From: Octopus sinensis
Lineage: Eukaryota
Direction: 5' to 3'
Assembly (NCBI RefSeq): GCF_006345805.1
Contig: NC_043008.1
Coordinates: 4,278,001 to 4,342,000 of the forward strand
Length of the DNA: 64,000 nt
The first letter of the stretch is position 1, and the number at the start of each line of letters is the position of its first letter. Below are positions 52,392 through 64,000 of this stretch, one piece after another. Position numbers and translations under genes: made by a program. Below the pieces are notes generated by a model, which saw nothing but the letters and a program-made list of their open reading frames with translations, ran no database searches and was not told the origin of the DNA.

Positions 52392-53478
52392 GTAAATGCG
52401 ATTTTCCCTTCAAAAATCAAAAGTTAGTCTTTGGGAATTGCAACAATAAAGTCTTCCTTTTTGCTGCACTGATTTATGACATGTTCAAATTTCACTGAAG
52501 TACTCAATCCAAGTAAACAAAGGATTACAAATGAAAAGCCTTTCACAATAAAAGAAAAAGACAAAAAAAAAATAACAAACAGACCCATTTGACAAAAAAA
52601 GGATTCTATTGAATATTTCAATAAATATTTTGTTCTAAAAAAAAAGGACTCAGATCCCTAAATATATGGTGTTCAAATATACTTTTCATGTTCATACTTA
52701 GAATTTTTTGGCTCCTTTCTATTTCGCAAATTCTTTTGTAATATCCTGAATGATTTATGTGCATCATGCTGGCAATGTATTTTGATCTATTTTCTTGAAA
52801 GTTTGCAATGGTCTTGTTTTCACATATTCAAGAATTTATTTCATATATATACATATATATATATATAATCAGTGACATAGATGTGTGTTTTGTAAATGTA
52901 TATCAAATATGTAATATTGTATGTTTCAAAGTTTTTCATCTGAATGATTTTCATGATTACCAATTCAAATGCTCATTTCTCTTTACAAATTTACATTTTG
53001 GATTCCAAAGACACAACACCAAAAAAACAACCAACAAAATCGCCAATTCATAAGTTATAAGGTATTACCTAACACGTGCACACACTTTCATTCATTCTCA
53101 CACATAATTACATCCATCCATTACGCATACACACTCTCATGTACAAACACATACACACACACACAGATTGTTTAAAACTTGGAGAATGATATGAATATGT
53201 AATTTATTAATTTAATCTGCTTTTTGCAGATATTTAAAATATACTCTTCCTATTTTTCTAAGTAAATTTAAGTATACAATTATTTATGCAAACAGACAAA
53301 CACGCAAGCACGTAGGCAAACATGTATTCATCTTCGTACGTTTATCACTTTGCATCAGTAATTTTATCAATTGATAATAGCTTCTCTTTTCTTTATAGTT
53401 TTTTTTCAGGGTTTCTTTTTGTCTAATTTAGAATCCTCATTAGCACTTCTTCATTCCTGTTATATATATATATATATA

Positions 53479-53528
<50 letters not shown>

Positions 53529-54009
53529 ATATTATATATATATATATGTATAATGTTAAAGGATGATGATGATGATGATGATGATATATATTTCTGTATT
53601 TCTTGTTCTGCTAACTTTAGAAGGGGAAGGAGGATTTTGGTAATTCAACAGATTTCATTAAGTGATATGAAGTAGCTGAGCTATCCAATATCATCATTAG
53701 AACTGGCCTCGTTAGAGAGGCTATTTCTAATGTACATTGCATTGGCAAATGTGTTGCATTTCAAAGGTGCATTAGCAAATTGTAATGCATGATTTTTTTC
53801 TTTAAGTTTAATTTATTTTGCTGTTTCTGTTATCAATTTTTGTTTATTTTGGGGAGGTGTGGAGTATTTTTAGTACTCTCTGAAAATTTGAAATTGCTGA
53901 TTCGCTTTTCCCCAACATATTTCATGAGGAATCTAAAACAAATGGTAAAGTTTATGCCTTACCCTTATAGAGTTTGTGAGAAAATGGGATATCAACATTT
54001 GTAGTGACA

Positions 54010-54166
54010 TCATTATCATCATCATCATCATTGTTTAACGTCTGTTTTCTATGCTAGCATGGGTTGGACGGTTCGACCGGGGTCTGGGAAGTCAGGAGGC
54101 TGCACCAGGTCCCAATCTGATCTGGCAGTGTTTCTACAGCCGGATGCCCTTCCTAATGCCAACCTA
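54010..54166 (-). mobile_element. Retroposon 3' portion with (GAT)n tail
   Basis: Reverse complement GTTGGCATTAGGAAGGGCATCCGGCTGTAGAAACACTGCCAGATCAG...GTCCAACCCATGCTAGCATAGAAAACAGACGTTAAACAATGATG; relatives at 13020-13135, 38358-38470, 39480-39720 and 60095-60232. Confidence 0.8.
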
Positions 54167-55905
54167 TATTTTAATTAGCTTCAGATGAATTCTAACTGAG
54201 CAGACCTATGATCAAAGACATTTCAGCTGTTACCATCTTGTCTTTTTCCCCATACATAAAGGCATCTAAAACTATACTGCCTAACATGGCCTTTGTTATT
54301 TTATAAATAGAAGAGAGTGTAATATGAGGTAAGTTAACAGCTCTTTCTAGCTAGGGTGATGGCCAGGTTGAGGTTCGTTTGTGGTTCGGTCTCAATATTG
54401 TGAGATGTAACTAAACAAAACTGACTGAACAGAAACATGTTTATGAAGAAACAATAGATCTCGCTTAAGTCAATGAGAGGGAAAGAGAACTTGTACCTGG
54501 TCTCTCAACCTGTTAGAAATGATAGCTAAATGTCTTTCAAATCACACCGTAATATCTTTTAAATAACGGAATAATTGAATAATATGCTATGCCTGAATCA
54601 AAGACATGATGGTCATGCTAGAATGTTGATCATCACAGGTCTACTCTATCAGAGTTGATTCAATACAACAACAGGCAAAAGTAGGTCTAATTTATTCTTG
54701 TAAAAATTGAAACTTGCTCTATTTACCCCATCCACTCAATCTCCTGCTCCAAGCTGGACTCCTTCCAAATGCACTGGCCAAGCTGCACAGTTGTATGTAA
54801 GTTCAAAGGATCAAGCCAAAAGTTCAGAAAACACATAGATATTCAGTATATCAAATATTTCTTCTGAGTTAAATGATTTTTTTTCTTCCTTAAAACAGTT
54901 CTGATGCGAGTGTATTTATTTACTATATGAGCAGGAAACATACCGATATCTAAAATATGAGGATAGATTACATTTCTTTTACAATATCCTACTATTCAAT
55001 ATCCTGTCTGACAAGAAATCACTCATATTGTGATGGAATCAGAAGGGAAGAGCATGTCAAGGATTATTTTTGAAAATTCTTTTGTGATGGACACAAATAT
55101 ATTCAGATAGATTGTTGTTTGAAGTGCACAATTTTTGTCGGAATATCTTCAAACTTATATGTATCATTAAATTCTGTTTTTCTCCAGTAAGCTAACTCAA
55201 AAGCAATTATTCATGTACCGTTGATATATTTGAACAACATTTTATCACTATTTTTACACTTTCTATCACCCTCGTTTCACTCATATCTCTCTACCTCCAT
55301 GACTATCGACCACCACCAACACCACCACCACCTTCATGTCAGTTCGACTGATTTCTCAGTTCCTGATTTGTTCAATAATTTTCTTTTTATTCTATTTTGA
55401 TTAGCATCGTATCTCACTTTGACTTCTCTGCCCCTAGAATAATAAATTCTGACTTTTTGCTCTGCATATTTGATTTCCTCGGTGAAATTTATAGCCTTGT
55501 ATTCCAGCCTGAGCTGATCCATAGGAAACTTTTCCAATTACCAACATCGCAATTTTCACCAGAGTTTTAGTGATTTTCTCTTGTTGTTGTTGTTTAGCCC
55601 CAGGTCAGCCCTCATCAATAACACCCATCATAAAAGATGTTCCAAACTTGACAGTCCCATTTTTCTATATAGAAGACTGCATTTTTTTAATACACCCTTA
55701 CTTTCATCTAAGATTGTAGAGTGTGGTTTGAAGGAGATTTGGCTACTGTTTCTAACAGTTTAAATGACCACATTATTAGTTGATAGTTTGAGATAGCTGA
55801 CAACACTCCCTTGCAAATCTTCTTCGTATTTCACCAACTCAAATCAAATATTTGCCTTTACTGTATGAAACCTTACTTAATTGGAGTTAAAGAAAAGCTT
55901 TGAAA

Positions 55906-56452
55906 ATAATAATAATGAAATTATTGTGTATAGTGCTCAGGTGCACTACAACTCATCAAAGGTGCAGGTACAGTACATAGAATTATGTACAAAAGCGAAC
56001 AGTGTATGAGTCATGATATACATGTGTGCATGTATGTGGTGGAGGAGGATATCAGGTGTAGTGTTGGTGAATTTCAGGAAGCATGGAGATTTTAAAGGAT
56101 GCAATGTCTCAGTAACTAACAACTGATGCTGGTAGTTTGTTCCAGGCTTCAGCAACTCTGAGTGTGAAAAGATGTTTCCAAAAGTCATGGGAGCTCTGCT
56201 GTTTTCTGACTTTGTAGGCAGTGCCCATGTGTGTTAGACACATGGAACTCAAAAGGGTGCTCAAGGTGGTTATTGGCACAATGGTTAATAATTATGTGGA
56301 TGTTTACCAAGTCAGTTGCCAGACACCGGAGCTTCAATGTATGTATGCCCAGGGAAGCAAGGCATTCAGAGTATGGTAGATGCCTGATGGAGGGTATTCG
56401 CTTGGTTGCACGTCTTTGAACAGTTTCCAGGAAGTTAATGTCCTTTGGTGGA
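55906..56452 (-). mobile_element. CR1/L2-type LINE 3' end
   Basis: LETVQRRATKRIPSIRHLPYSECLASLGIHTLKLR, then after a frameshift ...FTLRVAEAWNKLPASVVS, a 3' UTR and an (ATT)n-like tail at ~55906-55925. Confidence 0.88.
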
Positions 56453-59166
56453 TAATTAACAGGGGATTTTAATTAGAATATTGCAAAGTTTATTCCCAAT
56501 ATCCATAATACTTTCATACAAAGCACAAGGCCAGCAGTTTGGGGAGAGGAACACGTGACTTATATTGATGCCAACTTTGGATTGGTACTTTATTGAGTCT
56601 GGAAGAATGAAAAGCAAAATTGAACTCAGAATATGTGATAAGAGGTTTGCTTCCCAAGCACATGGTTCTGGATTCCAAAGTCTGTGGAATGGTAAAAATG
56701 CTAAGTATACTGTCTGGCAGAGGAACAATTCTGTCAGCTCACCATCAGGTGTTTAATAATGGTATCTAATATTGGCATGAGACACCAATTTGTCGACAGA
56801 ATCTAATCAATAAGATTGACACCAGTATTTCACTGGTACATTTTTTTTATAGATCCCAGGAGGATGATACCCAAATTATTTTGAGCAAGATTTAAATTTA
56901 GAAATGTAAAAGGAGGTGATTAAACAAGGCAAGGCATTTAAATCACCACTCTACTAATTATTCTCATTCATCACTCTTGCTGATACAAATAATATTCTTT
57001 CTGCAACATTGCCCCAAGATCTTGTTTGTTTGCTGGAGGAGTAATAAAGCTTGTAACAGCCAGTTTATCTTTCCACATTTTACATTTTTTTAATAAGGAC
57101 CACTGGAAAGATGAGAGACAAAACTCTGATTTAAAATCAATGCTGACTGATCCAACAAGAGATGCTGCAGAGAAATTTACTTCCTCAATTTGCAAATCCA
57201 CTACTTTTGTCCACAAAAGTTGATTTCAAATATAGGCACAAGTCCCGTAAATTTAGTGGGAAGGAATCAGTTGATTACATCAACCCCAGGGGTTAACTAG
57301 TACTTGTCCTATTAACCCTAAAATAATGAAAAGTAAAGTCAACCCTGGCAGAATTTGAACTCAGAAATATAAGTTGGGAGGAATATGTTCAAGCATTTTG
57401 TCCTGTGTGGTACCAAACTCATCAGAATATGCTGAGTTTTATGTCAGTTGATTACTCATTTGGTTTCTATAGCAAGGAAGAGAATCCTCTTGCAAGGAAT
57501 CCATTAGTTTTCCATAAGTGAAGTGATAAGAACATAATATATTATCTTTATGAATTTATTCAATTTTCTTTTATTTCAACCTCTAGAGCCTTGGTGTTTG
57601 TGCATAGCTGCTGTTTCAATCTGTTTGACTCTCTTCAGTAGAGAATAACCAAGGACATCAGTCTACTAACCATATTTTATTACATAAAATTATTTACTTT
57701 CATTTGGAGGAAAGTTAGGGGAAATATGTAACAAAGCCGTTGCACCAGAAAGTTCTTGTTTGTATCATTCGTAGTTCATTAGATGTGTGAGAAAGAGAGA
57801 GGGGTGAGGAGTGAGTTTAATTTGAAATTTACATACATATTGAAATATTGTTCACAATAATCCCTATTAAGTTTCTTTCCAATGAAAATAATTAATGCAG
57901 TTATTTTTGAAATTGCATCTGCAGTTATATTGTAGGCCACCTGCAGTTGTGCTGTTATAAGATATTTAATTCCAGCCATTTCCAATGGTGTGTTTGAATA
58001 TGTGTTTTCATATCTATCTGCCTATCTATTCAGCTTTCTATCTATCTTGTGTGTGTGCATGTGCACATGTATGCATGTTTGTGTACTTAGCCACTTAAAT
58101 ATATTCAGAAATAATATCAATCAAAATGTAATAAGAGAGAAAAAGCCACAAAATTGATGAGTTATTAAGTTGGAAAATTCACTCTACTTCAACAATAATT
58201 TAAAATATATATTTTCTGCATGGTAACTTGAAAATAAATTTAGTTATTATGATATTTATTATTTATGGCTTGAAGGGCAGTTTGCAGTATTTTTTTTTTT
58301 TTTGTGTGTCTTTACAATCTGAGTTCAAATCACACCTAGAGCAATATTGAATTTTATTCTTACAGAGCTGATAAAGTAAAGTACTAGTCGAGTATTGAGG
58401 ATTGATGTAATAGTTTAAACCCTTCCTTTCAAGATTGCTAGCCATATACCTAATCCTTTAGCATTTAAACTAGCCATATCCAGTGCAAATATTCTACCTC
58501 TTTTGTGTTCGTACCAGTTATATCTGGCCTCTGACACTTACCTTACAATGTTACAATGTCATTCTAAAACTAAAGGATCACATTATTGAAATGTCAGTGC
58601 TACAAGATAATGCTTGATTAATTCAAAACAATATGAATATGCATTAGATTTGACAGAGGAATCTGAATTCTGAAGAACTGAATTAGAAACCGTTATTTAT
58701 AAATTGAGGAATACATCAAGTTTCTTTTCTTGAAACAAGACTTCAGTAAATCTTCATGACTAAGGTTAACAAGTACATTCAATAGAAAACTTGCATTGAA
58801 CTCTTCAGGGTTAAATGTTCTGTAAGAATTCTCTAATAATCTTGCCTGGCATTTTCACAATGTCAAAGACAGATGTGGTTGATATCTGTCCTAAAGAGTT
58901 TTTCCTTCAAGTAGTTGAAACTTGGTGACTAAGCAGATGTTGAGTGGCTTTGCTATGTTATTATGTCTTTGAGTATATTTTATCACAGCCAGTGTGAGAC
59001 TTCTTCATATAGTGTGGTGTATTGTCTCATGGAATGCCCTCTATCGATAACATTTGTCATCTCTAACAGGAGAGTTGTCTATATTACTTTCTATTTATTT
59101 GTTTATTGTCGACTTCTATATCACAAATGTTCCTGCTTTTGTCCCATTCACGCCAGCAATAGTTTG

Positions 59167-59283
<117 letters not shown>

Positions 59284-60898
59284 CATCCTCATCATCCTAA
59301 TTATCATCATCATTTGGCATCCATTTTTTTGCTTCCATGAATCAGACAGAATTTGTTGCGGCAGATTTTTCTGACTGGATGCCTTTCCTCTGCTCAACCC
59401 TTAATTGTTTCCAAGCAAGGTAATATTTCCTGATAACCAGACAGATTTTCCATGAAAGATGGGAAACAAATAGCATTTTTTGTTTAATGATGAGGCTTGT
59501 TTACAACCATCATATGATGTCAAAGGTACAAACACATATACATCCATCTTCCTCCAGTTTTAGAGAGGTATGTTCCTTCAGCTATTTAAGTCTGACGAGT
59601 CACCTACACTGTTAAGCACTTTATAGCTACAAAACCAATGGTCACCCTATGACTGGGCGCAACATTTGACTTCCTAAAAATCATATTTATATACATATGT
59701 ATATATTAGGTTTATTTCTATTTTTGTCAATTAAATTCACTCACAAGGCTTTGGTTGGCTTGGGACTATAGAAGAAGGCACTTGCCAAAGTATCACACAG
59801 TGGGTCTGAACCCAAGACCACGTGGTTGCAAAGCAAGCATATTAACCACACAACCAACACCTACATCAATTATGTGGCCTCAGATGATGAAACACACTGG
59901 CCTCGGCTTTGAAGGTCAGGCTGCAGTTCTGGAAGCCTAACAAATAGAATAAATAAGTAACAGAAACGTTGCAAAACGTTTGACTCAACACAAGATGAAT
60001 ATAAAAGCACCTGTCGAAAATATGAAATATGAAATAAAATATAAAATAAAATAAAAATATAAAATAAAAAATATAAAAAATATAAAAATATAAAAGCACC
60101 CCTGTACGGTGCCATGTAAAAGCACTCAGTACACTCTGTAAAGTGTTTGGTGTTAGGAAGGGCATCCAGCCATAGAAACCCTGCCAAATCAGACTGGTGG
60201 TGGTGGTGGTGGTGGTCGTGATGATGACGATGACACACGAAGCTTCCAGTTTGTGAAAATATTGGTCATGATTATTTGCTGTGTTTGGGTCTGGTTTTGC
60301 TGCTTCAGATTCCGACTGGAGATGTTTGAAGTCTCAACCAATTTGTCATGAAAAATTTGTTGCTGCAGATATAGAATCAATTTGCTTATCCTTTTTGTTC
60401 TTATCTTAGTCAACAAAGACACAAAGTTGGCCTTCTTGTCTGATGAAAAGCTACTAAGCAACATTAATGACTGCTTTTTCATAATGTTCCCTGCTGCTGC
60501 TGCGTAGTCTCCTACCGCCTACTTTTTTAGGGATGTTCTTTTTTTTTATTTTCCGTAATTAACTCTGTGTAATCTCCTGTTGTTTTTACAATTTGTTTGT
60601 ATAATGTCTGTTTCATCCATTGTCTTTGTAACAATAAAATGAATCATTGTTCTTATTCATTTTCATTTCATTTCACATCTGCTTTTTTTTCTTATGGCAA
60701 AACTTTTAGCACGCTGGGTAAAAATGTTTACTAGCATTTCATGCTTCTTTATGTTCTAGGTTCAAATACTGCCATGGTCAGCTTTACCTCACATCATTAC
60801 AAGCTTGATAAAATAAGTACCAGTTAAGTACTGGGGTTGATCTAATTGACTTAACTCCTCCCTCTCGAAATTGCTGGCCCTGTGCCAAAATTCGAAAC

Positions 60899-60899
<1 letters not shown>

Positions 60900-60948
<49 letters not shown>

Positions 60949-60975
60949 TATTATTATTATTATTATTATTATTAT
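60900..60975. repeat. (ATT)n microsatellite
   Basis: Visible run with one interruption. Confidence 0.97.
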
Positions 60976-61249
60976 GGCAGCAAGCCAGCATGCCAGGCTG
61001 AATGTTTGGTGACATTTCATCCATGTTTATGTTCTGAGTTCCACTTCTGCTGAGGTCAACTTTGTCTTTCATCTTTATTGACCCCTGAAAAAATGAGAGG
61101 CAAAGCCCTCTGGTCTCAGTCACTTTCTGGGTATCTCTCTCTCTGTACAAAATAACTTTTCACACCCATTATCACAGAACCAACAGTGTCTTCCATGTTT
61201 AGTTACCCTCTACCATCTTCCCTCCTTGCAGACAGAGTTGGTCAATAAT

Positions 61250-61655
61250 ACTTTTAGGATAGCATGGCGTTGTGTGCCTTCTTAGTAGCTTTCCAGTTCA
61301 TCTGTCCAAGATCTGCAGTTCAATCTTTGTCCACTTCAGAAAGGAAGCATTGCCCATGTATTTAGGACTTTTAATGATGTTTCTTCTGTCTAATTTTATT
61401 TCAAGCATCTTCCTAATTCTCTCTTTAGTGACTTTTTTATTTCATTTCTTTTTCCATTATCTTATCATCTTGCAGTACCCCTGGGTATCTGTAGCCTTCA
61501 TTATTCCATAGTAATTGAAATATGTTGTCTTGTAATTTTATGCCATCAGACATTATCTTCCATCCTCTTTACATAGTGCTGTGCACTTATCTACCCCAAA
61601 CTGCATTCCAATATCTTTAAGAACACTCTCGCTGTTTGGATCACAGAATCCAGGT
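61250..61655 (-). mobile_element. R4/Dong-like non-LTR retrotransposon RT fragment (decayed)
   Basis: DIGMQFGVDKC at 61615-61583 and WTKIELQILDR*TGKLLRRH resemble R4/Dong RT motifs (DIGMEFGLDKC; W...EL..LDR.TRK.L..H). Confidence 0.65.
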
Positions 61656-62320
61656 CTGTCTTACTTTTTGTATATACATATTAAGGTCATCCATATTATT
61701 TTGTATATATTAAGGTCATCCATATTATTTTATATAAGGTCATCCACATAAAGGAGGTGATTTATTCTTATCTTGGTTTTGGTAATCTCTTATAGGCAGG
61801 CCTGGATTTTCCCAGTCCTCTCACTCACCAGCTGCTGTTAAATCATCCAATCCATGCTAGATGATGATGATGATGATGATTTTGAGTGGTTGTAATGGTT
61901 GCTTGATGGATTAAATGCCTTGCCATATTTACATATGCACCTTTACATTTGAATTCAAATCTCACTGGGGCTCATACTAACATTGATTCTTCTGAGGTTG
62001 ATATTCAGATATTCACCTGTGATTTGCCTGTGCACCTCCTCCAAACTTGTGAACTTGTTCTTCTCTTTGAGATCTTAATTGTTTCGTTCTTATTTCCGTT
62101 AATGTTATAAACTAGAAAATAGATCTAATTAAAGGTGTTGATGGTATTGTTGCATTATGATGCTAATAAAAAGAAATTAAGAGGCAAGTTGCATTAAGCT
62201 AGACTTGAAAGATGGTTAAATTCAAAGATATATTATTTTACTTGGAAAAAGAATGAATACCACAACAGCCAGTATACACCCAAAGACCAGTAACTCTAAG
62301 GCCATTTAAGTGGCTTATTC

Positions 62321-62372
62321 GTCCAACCCATGCTAGCATGGAGAACGGACGTTAAACGATGATGATGATGAT
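62321..62372 (+). mobile_element. Minimal retroposon 3' end (stem-loop plus (GAT)n tail)
   Basis: GTCCAACCCATGCTAGCATGGAGAACGGACGTTAAACGATGATGATGATGAT. Confidence 0.8.
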
Positions 62373-64000
62373 TCAGAAGGGGAACAGCAGTAGCTATTTC
62401 CTTCTTCAGGCTTTTGAGTCTAGCTGAAGTTATCATCAGATCTGATACCTTGGCTAAATACTTGCAACAAATAAGAATCTACAGAAAACATACAAGCACT
62501 AGGCAGGTATTAAAGCAGGTACAAATGAATCAAGTCTACTTACCACCTGAGAACTAGAAGCCTCTTTTAAACAGGCTTCTGCACAAACTACCAAAGTCCC
62601 TTAAATTTTCATTTGCAAAGCTTTGATTAACCTAAAGTCAAGGTAGAGAGCAGTGGATAGAAACTCCAAGGACATTGTTATGAAATAAACTTCTTAACCA
62701 AATAACAATACTTTGGAAAAGGAATGAATATCTCAACAATCGGTACCCACTGCACAAACTATGAATCTAAAGATTTGTACCTTGTCAAAAGAAATCAATA
62801 TTATGCTTTTCCCAATATATATTAGCCAAAAGGAATGGTATTCTTGGTTAATATGAAATAATTTAAAACAGAACATGCTATCCAAAAATAGATGTTTCCA
62901 TGAGTTTTAGTTTCTTTTTGTTTGCTTTTTTGTTGTTATTTTTTAAACAAATCAAGTTTGAAAAATGCTCTTTCTAAAAATAGTTACTCAATAATTCAAA
63001 TATACTGACTTATAAAAAATTTAGTGAGATTCACTAATAATAGAATTTTGTTATCAAGAAGCAGCCTGCAATTTTGGAAAGATAAGGATAATAAATCTTG
63101 TATATTTTTATGTTAATATGTAATCTAAAATTTGGGTAAATCTTACTAATGTTGATGCGATGATATTTAATATTAAACTAATCCACATGTAACACATTTA
63201 GATTAAAGATGGTGTCTATAATGTTTAGCTTCTGCTCACCTGCCCAGAAAAATGTGAGAAATGTGCATTATATCATACACACACACACACACACCACACA
63301 CACACACACAATGACTTTTCAAAACATAAATCAATAAAACTTTCTATTACAGAAATCTAAATTGGAAACAAAAATTCATTTTGTTTTTACTTCCAATCCT
63401 CTTATCGGTCGCATCAAGCGCCACGGGCCACAGAGATAAAAATATAATACTTTTACTGCAAGTGAAGATTTTTGAAGAGGTCACTCTTCTAAAAGACCTC
63501 TTACAAAATGGTACAAATTTTTATTCTTTAAAACTATAATATGTTATAAAACTAAATATTAATCTAGATTGTTCTAATCCTACATTTTCAGTAGAAATGA
63601 GGATAAATTATTACTGAAGTAATCTTTATCATATTTGAAATATTTTAAAATGTAAAGTGTTTGGAGAGCAGTTGAGGATTCTTGGCTTTGAAAGAATTAA
63701 AATAAAGAGCAGACGGTAGACTGTTTCAATGTTGACAAGACTTTTCCAATCAAGGCACTTTGAAGCCTGGCAGACTTAAAATAATTGACAGGTTTTATGA
63801 CTTAAGACCTATCAACAGAATGTGTGTTTAATGAGTGAAGAGATTATCTTGGAGCAAAATGGTGACAGTTTTCATATTTGTATTCAAACGTCTCAGCTGG
63901 AATAGAAATCAATAAAGATGCAAGTGGATGCGAACTTCATTAGTCATGTCTTTGGTTGTTTCGTGTCACACTTAGTAATGAAATCAATGAAATCATTAGT

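Noticed and set aside
57385-57435. Minus-strand CTGATGAG...GGACAAAA hammerhead look-alike
   Set aside because: The essential G of GAAA is missing, no stem I/III is evident, and the segment lies in a SINE tail.
58981-59003. TATCACAGCCAG, a 12-nt match to the miR-2 family 5' end
   Set aside because: The 3' half differs from miR-2/13, the upstream arm pairs only partially, and I saw no miR-71/miR-2 cluster. A chance match is likely.
60189-60482. 97-aa minus-strand ORF
   Set aside because: It ends in a SINE (GAT/GGT)n tail, has no recognisable domain and no convincing splice sites.

Overview
AT-rich, CpG-depleted eukaryotic DNA, almost entirely intronic or intergenic. The repeat repertoire suggests a coleoid cephalopod such as Octopus (inference, no database check): abundant tRNA-headed SINEs with (GAT)n or (CAA)n tails, RTE, CR1, R4/Dong and Penelope relics, and dense (CA)n/(TA)n/(CT)n microsatellites. 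I cannot confidently identify a host protein-coding gene, and nearly all ORF-track entries are microsatellite or repeat read-throughs. Main content: (1) a 5' Helitron fragment on the minus strand (~13495-16272) whose ORF start is about 18 near-identical 69-bp units encoding STPR-like 23-aa repeats, followed by a Helitron-type 'FRYDP..Y' segment; (2) two strong plus-strand acceptor-donor juxtapositions (YAG|GTRAGT at 2766/2767 and 50364/50365) that look like recursive splice sites, plus a few weak exon or microexon candidates; (3) several fold-back structures, including a young ~270-bp inverted duplication (38529-39459), a nested 1.25-kb palindrome (45951-47200) and an inverted-repeat element with a Pol III-like cassette in its loop (44643-44886); (4) decayed retroelement coding fragments; and (5) local duplications, one of which preserves both the empty and the SINE-filled state of a site. 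All motifs were recognised by eye.
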